This document shows, piece by piece, positions 1-9,923 of a stretch of DNA of 64,000 nt. The DNA is from Rhizodiscina lignyota. Lineage: Eukaryota. Position 1 is the stretch's first letter. Each line of letters starts with the position of its first letter. Position numbers and translations under genes: made by a program. The notes under the pieces are model-generated. The model did no database searches. It was not told where the DNA came from and was given only the letters and a program-made list of their open reading frames with translations. The stretch lies in assembly GCA_010015805.1 (NCBI GenBank), contig ML978125.1, forward strand, positions 124,001 through 188,000, read 5' to 3'.

Positions 1-639
1 TGATCCCATGAAGATGACGGCATCATTTGAGTGTGGCCTGGAAGGCTTGTTCTGTGAGTTCTGAATGAATTGACGCTCTAGCAGGCGCAGAAGGATAGAC
101 CAGCCAGTGAAGACAGCGCAGGTACTTATTCCAATCCAGGTAGAGGTGCGGACGTAGCAAAGGACAGACATGATAGCGGCAAAGCAGATCCAAGTCAATA
201 CAACCCAAGCCTGAGATTGCCAATGGATTTGGCGCAATATACTTTCGTCAGCGCGCGGCTTGATTCTGTAGACAGTGCAGCTGGCGTGCTTGAGCAGGTC
301 AAGGTGGCTGATCGTCTTCGCAGTGCGCATATTCCGCAGAGGTGCGGTCTTTCCTCCAAATGGACTGATATATGTCTGGCCTACCGACTCATAGAGCTGG
401 GAGGTGGATCGTAGGTAGTTCTGCAGACCAGCGACAGGAGCAGCGGACAGGCACTCGGAGAGGGTGCGGCGCATCATGCGGAAATTCACCTCCTCGCTCT
501 CGCCCAAGAGGACCATGAACGATGAGACATCGAACTGCCATTTCTCGAACTTTGTGGCGACCATGTCGAGGGCATTGAAGAGGGAGACGCCAGCGGGATT
601 CGAGGGCAGAAGCAGAGAGAGAGGGTTGAGGGGTGACAT
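1..639 (-). CDS. Uncharacterised fungal membrane protein, 3' end outside window (partial, >=213 aa)
   Basis: Read manually; absent from the ORF track because no stop occurs in the window. Open frame from ATG 639 (alternative ATG 564): MSPLNPLSLL...MVATKFEKWQFDVSSFMVLLGESEEVNF...QAWVVLTWICFAAIMSVLCYVRTSTWIGISTCAVFTGWSILLRLLE...DAVIFMGS. It has two adjacent hydrophobic segments and runs off the edge. Confidence 0.7.
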   Translation of the reverse strand, partial: MSPLNPLSLLLPSNPAGVSLFNALDMVATKFEKWQFDVSSFMVLLGESEEVNFRMMRRTLSECLSAAPVAGLQNYLRSTSQLYESVGQTYISPFGGKTAPLRNMRTAKTISHLDLLKHASCTVYRIKPRADESILRQIHWQSQAWVVLTWICFAAIMSVLCYVRTSTWIGISTCAVFTGWSILLRLLERQFIQNSQNKPSRPHSNDAVIFMGS

Positions 640-1140
640 GAAGAACTTCGAACAGGCCAAGCACGCACAGCCTCGTCCCCGGTCGCACAAGTGGATCAGT
701 GGAATTCGAGTCGATGCGCGAGCGGAGATGTCTGCACGGCGAGCTCATAAGCTGCAGAGGGATGCGTCTGGGCTTTTATCGCACCACTGAAGGCAAACCT
801 CCGCGCCACGCTGCTCAGCTCCACCTCACGCTACCCCGGCCTGCGCCTCACCGGTCGCGCGCACAGCCCTCACCTCACTCTCCTCCCGTCCCTTCGACGC
901 GCTTTTCATGTTCGTTCATTCGACGTAATTCGTATCGCTCGCTCTGCCTCTCAGTGCGCCTTGGCCCTCCGGCCCTTCCGCTCCACCTTTTCGAGGCTGA
1001 GGCATCTTTATCATGGAGAGCCCGCTCCGCCTCGACGCCCTTGACTCGAGGCATTTCATTATTCCCGCTCTCGACGGCCGCAGTCTCCTGTGAATGTTGA
1101 AGCCGCTCAGCGCCATTGAGAGCCATTGCCCGGCTCAATC

Positions 1141-3672
1141 ATGCCGTTCTTCGCTCAATTCGCGTCGCTGACCGGTGGCAACATGCTTCCATGGGAGAAG
1201 AAAATGCAATTCGACCTCCACCTGCCAATTGAACAGGGCCACAATACGAGATCTGGGAAACAGCTCCAACGGCAGATTTTGAAAGTACTAGATTGCGCCA
1301 CCCCGACGGATGCAAGCGCTCGTGGGACCTGGCGCGTTTTCGGCGGGCACCGCAAAGGCTCGCTCCGCTTTCTTACCGCGTACACGCGCCGCGTTATGTC
1401 CTGGTCTTCGGATAAAGCCGTTCATCCACGGAATTTTGAAAGCAGACTCGACCTGGCCAATGGCACACCGGCTCCTCAATTTCAAGTGGTGGAGGCTGAC
1501 CACCTGAGTGGACTGCACAGGGATAAGCCCAAGTACTTAGCTGTCTCATACCGTTGGCCCAAACGATCACGACAAAAAGCGCCTGCAGACCTGAAGAGTG
1601 ATGTACATTGCTACGATGTGTGGGATCCGAGAGCCAATGGGGGCCACGGAGGAGTGCGCAAGAATAACGCCCCCAAGGAGGTCATCGATCGAGCTATCAA
1701 ATTCGCAAAGGACAGAAGGATTCAGTTGGTGTGGATTGATCAAGAGTGCATCAATCAGTCAGATCGCCATGACAAAGAGTGTGGTATTAGATCCATGGAC
1801 GACATCTTCCTCAACGCAGCAAAAGTCATTGGTCTCCTGCAAGTGCGCATCGACTCCGAAACAGAAGCCAAAGTGCTCCATAGGCTTACTGTAGAACAAC
1901 CTCGCCTCGACCCGAAATCTTTCAAGGCCGCGGTCAATGTCGTATACCGCATCTCTCAGGATGAGTGGTTCTCTCGAGCTTGGACTTTCCAAGAAGCAAT
2001 ATCCGGCGGCAATACAATCGAGTTCTCGATGAAGTGTGATCCTAAATTGAAGCAGCAAGCGAGCCATGGCGATACGGACGCATGGGGCGCAGTCGAAGAT
2101 GAGATTCAGTTTCAATTCGTCCACATTGCGAAGTGGCTCGCCTGCCTATTTGCTCAAGCCGCCTTCTATGATCAGAATCCTTCCCCTGACCTTCTCGATG
2201 GCGACCGTGACGACATCTGGCAGAAAATTGAAGAGATCCGCATATCTCTCATGAACCACTTTCCACCTTTCTATGAACCAACTCATCTCTCACGCCCACG
2301 CTTGAGTTGCAACGCTTCTGCAGCCCTCATGTTTCTCAAGAAGCGCCAGAACAGTCGAGCCCCAGATCGCGTTTCAATCCTTGCGAGTTTGGGGAACTAC
2401 CCCAGGAAACTGAATATTATGAAAATCCACAAATTTACCATGAGCAGCTGCGTTCTGGCACAAGCCCTTCACAACGGAGATATCTCCGTTTTAAGCAGCA
2501 TAGAAAAGGACGAGTGGCGCAAGAAAAAGCGATCGCAGGGCTTCTCATGGCTCCCACCGACAACAATAGCTCTGGAAAACGTAGCAGCGCACCACGAAGG
2601 CCATCCATCGTTGCGGCTTGTAGACCATTCAATAACGAAACGAGGCCTGTCTTTGCCAGGATTCTATTGGACCGTCAACCAGAAAATCGATGTGAGGTCA
2701 ATAAAGGAGAAATATTTTCAAGAGTGGGGAGAGACACGCAGTGCAGAGGGCCAAGAAGAAATCAAATGGGTGCTCCGGAAGATTGAGAAGGACGCACGCA
2801 CGGGCACAGGAGAGTTCTTTGACCGCCTTGTGAACGCATCAGAAAAATACTGCATCCGAGACCTACATAATCTCGACGACGATAAAGCTTTGGCTCACCA
2901 GGCCATTGGAAGCCAAATCCTAGGAGAATTACTGTGTCTTCTGGTGGAGAAAAACTACTTGAACATGGCAAATTCGATCTGGCATTCTGTCCGAAGGAAG
3001 ACTCCTATCCTGTCGCCTGAGGAGATGGAGAATAGCCACCATACCCGCCACAGCGACAATTCGACGTTGACGGAAGTCCCTGGATCGTGGTTTAACAAGC
3101 ATCACCCTCTGGGTGAGCTGCCTTGCACCCTCAATCACTTCGTGATAGATGGACGGCTTCAGATCCCTTGCATAAGCGACCGATCCCGAGCTGGTCGACT
3201 TTTCATCCCCATGAAGGACAACTGGGAATGGATCATTGACAGGATAATGCGCGACGGCTTTCTGTGGGGTGGTCAGTCAAGTGATGACGTCCACTCCAAT
3301 ATAGACGACGAGTCAACAAGTTGCATCTTTGACGTCGATTGTGGATGTGTCGTGTTAACGCCGTACTGCGGAGAAGAAGTAGAAAAGATGGAAGATTCCG
3401 GTAACCTCATTGCGCAATCCTTGCCGCTTATGCGAAGTCGGCGGATTTCTTGGGTAGTCGAACGCGCCGAGATGGATCATCGAGAAGACTGGTGTGGGTT
3501 ACTTTCGAGAAGGGATCGAACAGATTCGGACAATTTGGACAAAGAGCAGAGGTCTTGGCTGTCTCGTCTTGCTTCACCGGAATCAAGTCGGTATCGCTAC
3601 ACTACGAAAGGAATGGTCGCGGGTGTGTGGCGGTGCGGAGACCTTGCTCCGGTACAAGCCACACTCATATGA
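1141..3672 (+). CDS. HET (heterokaryon incompatibility) domain protein, ~843 aa, intronless
   Basis: HET-domain motifs in order: YLAVSYRW, VWIDQECINQSD, IRSMDDIF, WFSRAWTFQE, followed by DRVSILASL. First ATG at 1141; the track start at 1126 is TTG. Confidence 0.9.
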   Translation: MPFFAQFASLTGGNMLPWEKKMQFDLHLPIEQGHNTRSGKQLQRQILKVLDCATPTDASARGTWRVFGGHRKGSLRFLTAYTRRVMSWSSDKAVHPRNFESRLDLANGTPAPQFQVVEADHLSGLHRDKPKYLAVSYRWPKRSRQKAPADLKSDVHCYDVWDPRANGGHGGVRKNNAPKEVIDRAIKFAKDRRIQLVWIDQECINQSDRHDKECGIRSMDDIFLNAAKVIGLLQVRIDSETEAKVLHRLTVEQPRLDPKSFKAAVNVVYRISQDEWFSRAWTFQEAISGGNTIEFSMKCDPKLKQQASHGDTDAWGAVEDEIQFQFVHIAKWLACLFAQAAFYDQNPSPDLLDGDRDDIWQKIEEIRISLMNHFPPFYEPTHLSRPRLSCNASAALMFLKKRQNSRAPDRVSILASLGNYPRKLNIMKIHKFTMSSCVLAQALHNGDISVLSSIEKDEWRKKKRSQGFSWLPPTTIALENVAAHHEGHPSLRLVDHSITKRGLSLPGFYWTVNQKIDVRSIKEKYFQEWGETRSAEGQEEIKWVLRKIEKDARTGTGEFFDRLVNASEKYCIRDLHNLDDDKALAHQAIGSQILGELLCLLVEKNYLNMANSIWHSVRRKTPILSPEEMENSHHTRHSDNSTLTEVPGSWFNKHHPLGELPCTLNHFVIDGRLQIPCISDRSRAGRLFIPMKDNWEWIIDRIMRDGFLWGGQSSDDVHSNIDDESTSCIFDVDCGCVVLTPYCGEEVEKMEDSGNLIAQSLPLMRSRRISWVVERAEMDHREDWCGLLSRRDRTDSDNLDKEQRSWLSRLASPESSRYRYTTKGMVAGVWRCGDLAPVQATLI

Positions 3673-4913
3673 TGAGGCGGAAATACAGATACTGCTCACC
3701 AAACCACAGTTTGCGGGATCCCTAACAGAATGCAAAAACACTATCCGCTGCAGACTTCTTCGGACAGGTATCATCGAGCCAACAGTCTGCATGGCTTTTT
3801 GCTGTACCGATTCCTTCCAGACTGACGCATTCGAAATATCGCCGGAGTTCAAGGCCGGTTTCGCTTGTATGAAGGCTTTGAAGGCTTCTTGAGGAAGACC
3901 CGTGCGCCAAAAGTTGTGACTGTTAAAAGATATTGAGCTGATAATAGTCGATGTATCGAAAGAAGAGACGGTAAGTTACTGGAGATTGGATACCGCTTTC
4001 TGCGCCGGATTAATCAGACTAAATCATGGACTCTTTTGTCAAACCATCTGTTCCGTTTTCAGAGCGATTCTCCAGCGGCGATCATTTGCACCTGCAGGAG
4101 GTGGAAACACAAAGTGTGTAGCTATCAGATGACGAGAGAAGTGTTTCACAGTAGCACAGGATAACGAGTACCCTGAGAATGTTTTTTGAGCAATTGTTCG
4201 AAATCAGGTGCTTATCCTACATAGCAACATGCTGCTTGTTACTCTGTTCCATCTCCTCGGAGGCACGAAGATAGCCCGTTTTTCCTCAATCAAAACGGCA
4301 AGAGGAAGCTTGATCTTCAAGGGCGTAGCCCATTCTTTTCAGATCGAAACGGAATGAGAATGTAGCAGCTCCAGGAGGAGAGCCAGGTCTCTCAGAGTCA
4401 GATGGCAAAGCCTAATAATTCTCAAGCTTCGTACATCGCGGCATTTTGAGCAGTCAGCATTTCCAGACATGAAGGGAGCATTAAAAGATGTGTTTCAGTC
4501 GCGCCTCGGTTTAAGCTTTCCTTAATGGTTCCCCATACCTTCGTGCAATGCGGAGGCTTTTCAATTTTGAATAATATGCTCGTTGCATGAGAAAACTGCT
4601 AAGAATTACAATGAAATCGTTCAAAAGTAGCGGTATCGCATTCGGCTGCTAAACACAAACTTCATTTCGACATCAGTGCAACCAGCATCCAATAATCATT
4701 CTGAAAGCAAATGAAACTTCCCACAATATAACCATTTGCCCCCGTGGCGGAATGTCGGTTTTTACTCACTCTATCCTCTCCATAAACTGATCAAACTTCG
4801 CCTCTTCACCAATATTTCGACCCACCATCTTCTTCCGAGCTCCCTCTACCGGCAATGTCAGCCATGCTCTCAGCAAGTCGAGAAACAGTCTTTACTTTTC
4901 CTTTACGAGGGAA

Positions 4914-5852
4914 CTAGTTATTGATGTGGAAGCTAAGAAACGGAGACTCACGCCTCAATATCGCCCCAAAGGGCCCCAACTGTGTGGGTGCTAGCTTCGT
5001 ACCCGCATCAGGCTTTTTGATTTCCTTTTTGATATTTGGAGCACTTTCTTCTGCTTGCGCCACTTTCAGGCCGCTCTTCTTGGTCTGTGTCCTCCTTAAT
5101 ATTCCAGAATGCCTCATAGGCTGCCCTTCTTCAGAATGTTCGGTTGGAGTATAGGCCCAGTAGGGTATGTGTTCCATTCTCGGGTAACGCCGAATTTCAC
5201 TCAGCTGATAGGCGAACACAAAGTCACAAGACTCTTTGAAGGGGTCCATATTTGTATTTCCACCGTATCCAAACCCAGAGCTGCCTCCTGTGATTGGAAC
5301 GACTTGAGTTGATCCATCTGCCTGCGTGGATTCTTGTGGACCCGTTGAGTCGATCTTGATGGGTTTCATCTGCGCCCCGATGGCGACTGCAATACCCGTA
5401 ACCATGTAAACTGATCGGTGAGAAGCGAAAATCGCTTCCGATAAGATCCTAATCAGACCACGACCATCTGAGTAGGCACGAACATCCCTAACTTCGATAG
5501 CCCTTTCGACATAATCTAGCTCTGGTCGCATGATATGACTCTGAAGTTCATGAAATGTCCAAGAAAGTTCAGGAGACCCTTCGCCTTTCTTGGAGAGGCT
5601 CCCAACAGTGATTGAGGGGTTATTGTTTGCCCAACGTCTAAAGGCATCGGCCAACTCGTGCGTTGAGTTTTGGGCAACTTGTTCTATCTTCACCGTAGGG
5701 TTCAGGAGCGCGTTCGGAACGGGGATTGGTCCTCTTGGCTGAAGTGTGCGGAGAGGGTCGTATGGGTTGGCAATTATGGTGCCGAGTTGCAGCTCGCTGC
5801 CTGGAGTGATGCTCCAAGTTTTGGTCAAGATCCAACGTTCTCGTTTCTCCAT
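4914..5852 (-). CDS. Fungal gasdermin-like pore-forming protein (RCD-1/HET-Q1 type), ~312 aa
   Basis: Motif order matches fungal gasdermins: WILTKTWSITPGSELQLGTIIANPYDP, WTFHELQSHIMRPELDYV, VYMVTGIAVAIGA, DFVFAYQLSEI, then a C-terminal tail. Likely start is Met at 5852; an in-frame upstream ATG exists at 6032. Confidence 0.75.
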   Translation of the reverse strand: MEKRERWILTKTWSITPGSELQLGTIIANPYDPLRTLQPRGPIPVPNALLNPTVKIEQVAQNSTHELADAFRRWANNNPSITVGSLSKKGEGSPELSWTFHELQSHIMRPELDYVERAIEVRDVRAYSDGRGLIRILSEAIFASHRSVYMVTGIAVAIGAQMKPIKIDSTGPQESTQADGSTQVVPITGGSSGFGYGGNTNMDPFKESCDFVFAYQLSEIRRYPRMEHIPYWAYTPTEHSEEGQPMRHSGILRRTQTKKSGLKVAQAEESAPNIKKEIKKPDAGTKLAPTQLGPFGAILRRESPFLSFHINN

Positions 5853-6214
5853 TGTTTCTGAACTGGTGTATTTCTCTGAGGTGATCACAAAAATTCTGGT
5901 GTTATCGTTCTGAATCCGTTGTGCCGGAAGGCTCCAGCTTTTTAACGATGAGGCCACAAGGCTGTCCGTCAGCCTTGCGAACGGCTGTTGGATCGTAAAC
6001 CTTGCTGCAGGTGGTACAATTGGCCCATTCATGTATTATCTCCATCCATTGATGCCCGCTAGTATTCTTCGTAGGGCTTTATCTGCACGTTCGTACAAAT
6101 GCGACGTCGAGACCGCTCCAGAACAAGGCTCACTCCAGCCTTGCACGATATTCTGACGGCTATTACGGCCTTCCGTTCGCGAGAATTCGCGCGCAATATT
6201 TCATCCTACAGTGA

Positions 6215-6993
6215 GTCGCTGCTGCGGCAGCGCAGCTCATTGAGAGCTTCAGAAAGTTGAACACTTTTGTTTCCGAGATCCGAGACATCCCTGATGACAT
6301 TCAAAATTCACTTGAAGATCTGTCACTGCGAACAGAGACTCTCGACCTGGTGCGAATCCAACTCTCCCGAAATGACCTGCCGCAAGACCGAAACCACGGT
6401 ATCTCTCTCAAGGCTCTATCTAGCCTACAACAGGGTTCATGCCACGTTGAAGAAACGCTCAGGGACATACAAGAGAAGATTGGAAAGAAACGATACAGGG
6501 ACAGGATCAAAGTTGTGGGAATGAAAAAGAAACTTGACAAGGCCACTTCACGAGCCGAAGCTGCACAGAGTCTGTTACTTTTAGCGCTTACCATCGACAA
6601 TAGGTCCTAGCCTTCTGTCTTACAATTATTGAATGAGTTATGCTGATCCTGACTAGATCTGTACTCGGCCAAGGTGTGGGCGCTCAGCAGCAATGGCTCA
6701 TCGATGAAGATGCTAAGCCCAGAGTTTCAAGACCCTCCAAAAAAGCCTCTGGACCAATTCTCGTCAACTCAAGAACATTCCGGTTGAAATCCCCCACGTG
6801 GCTTTTAAGTCAAGCTTGGGAGTTGAACGTCCGTAAGGGAAGCCAAGGGTGGGACTTGAGCCTTCAATCATACCGGATCCACCCCATTGATACAAACATC
6901 TTCAATGCCATTTGGAGCGGAGATCTTACACAGGTGCGCGACTTAATGTCTAGAGGAGAGGCTTCAATACGCCAGATACTCTGGGGCACTTAA
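6215..6993 (+). pseudogene. Degenerate gene with fungal STAND N-terminal/HeLo-like helical domain and the start of an ankyrin-associated region
   Basis: VAAAAAQLIESFRKLNTFVSEIRDIPDDIQNSLEDL resembles the N-terminal helices of fungal NLR-associated proteins. After a probable intron (~6605-6656) comes IFNAIWSGDLTQVRDLMSRGEAS, which typically precedes ankyrin repeats. There is an in-frame TGA immediately upstream, no clear ATG, and an early stop at 6993. Confidence 0.55.
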
Positions 6994-7688
6994 GAATGTG
7001 GTCTCCAATGCAAGTTTTCTTACAATAGCACTTTTACTCACATACGTGGGGCATGACCTTGAACATCCTGCAAAATTGAGACTTGGAATACAGGAACAAT
7101 TACTTCAGCAAGGACTGAAGTATTATGTTACTGAGATGCTGCGGTTAGGAATAGATGTGGCACATTAGTTGATATTGAAGACCGATATTTGCGAACGGTA
7201 AGACTTGGGTCTGGAAGGGGCTGGATAGAGCAGATTTGGTATGTCGGGTGATTGGTTTCCGGCACGGTCCCAACGTTGACGACTGGCATCTCAAATGGGC
7301 AGGGGAATTTTGGGATATGATAGAACATCCTGAAAGAATGATTCCGGGAGCTTGGAACGATGAATAGAACGAGTCACGAGGATAAGAATGACATTTGAAT
7401 GATGCATGAAATCATGGAATATACGATGCTCATCTAATTACTAGATAACTAGAAAGAAGCGATAGGAAGAATGAATCTGTACTGAATTGATCATCGTACT
7501 TCCGACTGGCAGCTGGCAGAGAATCAGATATTGAACATTAGGAGACATGATATACTTCGTTCATTCCTCAAAGCTGGGTTAAATGTAGAAGCGTTATTGG
7601 GATGAGCCCTACTGCTATCGTTACAGTGAACATTCTATGTAGCATCCCACTCAATCCTCGCTATATGACCACAGCTGACGTGTAAAAT

Positions 7689-8996
7689 TTATCTACCAAT
7701 CTCCAGAAACCTCTTCACAGCCTCTTCATTCTGCGCTACCAGGTCAATATCATTAGTATACTTCGCCCCCATCCCTAAACTGGCACGAATCTTGTCCAAA
7801 TCGTCGCCCGTATCTTCCTCTGCGAATGCATAAATACGGCCAAACGCCCTGCTGATATCGACCACCTTCTGAGTCCTCGGTTTCCGCACTTCCTCGTACG
7901 CCTTGAATGCCACTTCCGCCTGTCTCAGCTCCATTACATGGCCAAACAAGGCGGTTAGAACCGCTGCGTCCTCAATGGATTGAGCAGCGCCTTGTCCGTT
8001 AAAAGGCAAGGTGGCATGTGCAGCATCTCCGACAAGACAGATGTTGCCGCGCGAGTAGAACGGTGCGTGGTCATGATCTGCAAGCTTCCAATCAGTGATC
8101 GGTTCGCGCATCACGAGTGTCGCAACGTCCTTGGCGTCCTTGGTCCAATGCACAAAGTGTTCTGTTGAGATGTGATCCGGTATCTCTTGCACCCCTTCTT
8201 CCGAGCTGTGCACTGCCGCCAGCCTGGATTCCTTAGAAATTTGAACCACGGCGACGCTGAGGCTCTTCCCGAAATGGAGAGGCATGCAGTTCATGAACGC
8301 GCCATGACCGCAAAATATTGGTACGTAGGTGAGCAGTCTCTCATTTAGCGCATTGGCTTCCTCAGCAGGGACGACGCGTCGCACCCAAGCCCAGCCATCG
8401 TGGTTTTTGAGTCCGACTGCGGGATGATCGGGACCCAGGAGATACTTTCTCGTGGCGCTGTGCACACCATCGCATCCTATCAGCACGTCGGCCTTGGCTG
8501 TGGTTCCGTCTTTGAAGGTTAGAGTGATGCTTCCGGCTTGTGCGTCGTTCTCAGTTGGCGCCTCGGAGATCTGTACAAGCCTCTTCCCAAATCTGACGAC
8601 TCCTTCCGGCACAAGACTCAACAAGCCGTCCAACAAGTCACTCCGCGCTACCGTCTTCCTCCCCTTCGCCTTTCCCAGCTCCGCAAGCAACACATCTCCA
8701 CCGTCTTCTGCCACTGCGTCCCCGACCAAAACCCGCGTTGCCATCTCCACGTCCCTTTCGGTCATCACAGTCGCGCGCCGGTAATACTCTGCCTGCAGCT
8801 CCGGGTCGATCAGTTCGAGAGCGCGCATTGCATTGCCATGGAAGGCAAGCCCGCCACCTATGTCGAGGTACTTCTGCGTCGCTTCGTAGACGGTAATATT
8901 GAGATAAGGATACTGTAACAAGCCACGTGCGAGGCAGAGGCCACCTATTCCTCCGCCCGCGATTGCGATGTCGATCTTTTGGGGGGTTGAAGTCAT
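7689..8996 (-). CDS. FAD-dependent monooxygenase (salicylate hydroxylase-like)
   Basis: GGGIGG FAD-binding motif, ADVLIGCDGVHS (DG motif) and LVGDAAHATLPFNGQGAAQSIEDA (GD motif). Intronless, 435 aa. Confidence 0.9.
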   Translation of the reverse strand: MTSTPQKIDIAIAGGGIGGLCLARGLLQYPYLNITVYEATQKYLDIGGGLAFHGNAMRALELIDPELQAEYYRRATVMTERDVEMATRVLVGDAVAEDGGDVLLAELGKAKGRKTVARSDLLDGLLSLVPEGVVRFGKRLVQISEAPTENDAQAGSITLTFKDGTTAKADVLIGCDGVHSATRKYLLGPDHPAVGLKNHDGWAWVRRVVPAEEANALNERLLTYVPIFCGHGAFMNCMPLHFGKSLSVAVVQISKESRLAAVHSSEEGVQEIPDHISTEHFVHWTKDAKDVATLVMREPITDWKLADHDHAPFYSRGNICLVGDAAHATLPFNGQGAAQSIEDAAVLTALFGHVMELRQAEVAFKAYEEVRKPRTQKVVDISRAFGRIYAFAEEDTGDDLDKIRASLGMGAKYTNDIDLVAQNEEAVKRFLEIGR

Positions 8997-9923
8997 GGCG
9001 GAATGGCGGCGGTGCGGACGGAGCTTAGAATTCGAGTTGCATATATATAGATGACAGAAACAAGATCAGGCCGGTGGAGAGGCATTTGTCATGAATCTGA
9101 AAATCCTTTCTTTCCTGTCATGTAAGACGGAGAGTTTTCAGACATGGAAACTGTAGTATGGCGTAGCTCTACAGAAAGGACAGAATGCAGTGTTTGGACT
9201 AAACACATCTTTGCACAAGTAATCAAGGGGCTCACTCGTCGACTCGTTTATGAAGATGAACATGATTTGAAGGGATGATTCACGAAAGTTAGATGATGTC
9301 TAGCAAGAGAATTTGTCAAGGAGAAGCACGCGCAGGTAATTAGATCAGAGGTAGGTATAAAGAGAGTGAATAAATGAAATTGTAAGTTATATGACGAGAT
9401 ACTACACCATTTAGCGCGGACATTGGCGTTCTACATGAAGCCATCCAATCTTTGGATTGTGAGAAACCTCATAACGGCATGACGGGAAGACGGGAGATTG
9501 ACCTGAAGTGACACCTGTCACGTGCATCCCCACACTTCCATTCCGGTCTTGGCCCTTTTCTCAATTAGGAAGTTTGCGAAAGGTCAATGCTACTCCGTAG
9601 AGTAGTCTTGACTGGACGTATAATATAGTTTCAACAATAATAATGAAAAGTATAGAGTAACAGACCTTAACACATTAGCTTTGCCAATTTATACGAATTG
9701 TTGATTTCAAGGAGGGATGAAGCTCGGCCCCACAATACAAGCACACGAGACAGCCAAAATTTCATTGTAGGAATTTCGTGCATGATTATCTGCGAATGTC
9801 TCCAAGATTACATGTTCCGGGCCATCTGAAGCCTAATGCAGCTCTATTCGCAAAAATGCGCGTCGAACCGTCTCCTCCTTGATACCCCATGCCCCTACCA
9901 CTCTTCCTCCTCTCACGCCATAT

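Noticed and set aside
7689..8996. FAD monooxygenase as part of a secondary-metabolite cluster
   Set aside because: No PKS, NRPS, terpene synthase or transporter gene is in the window.
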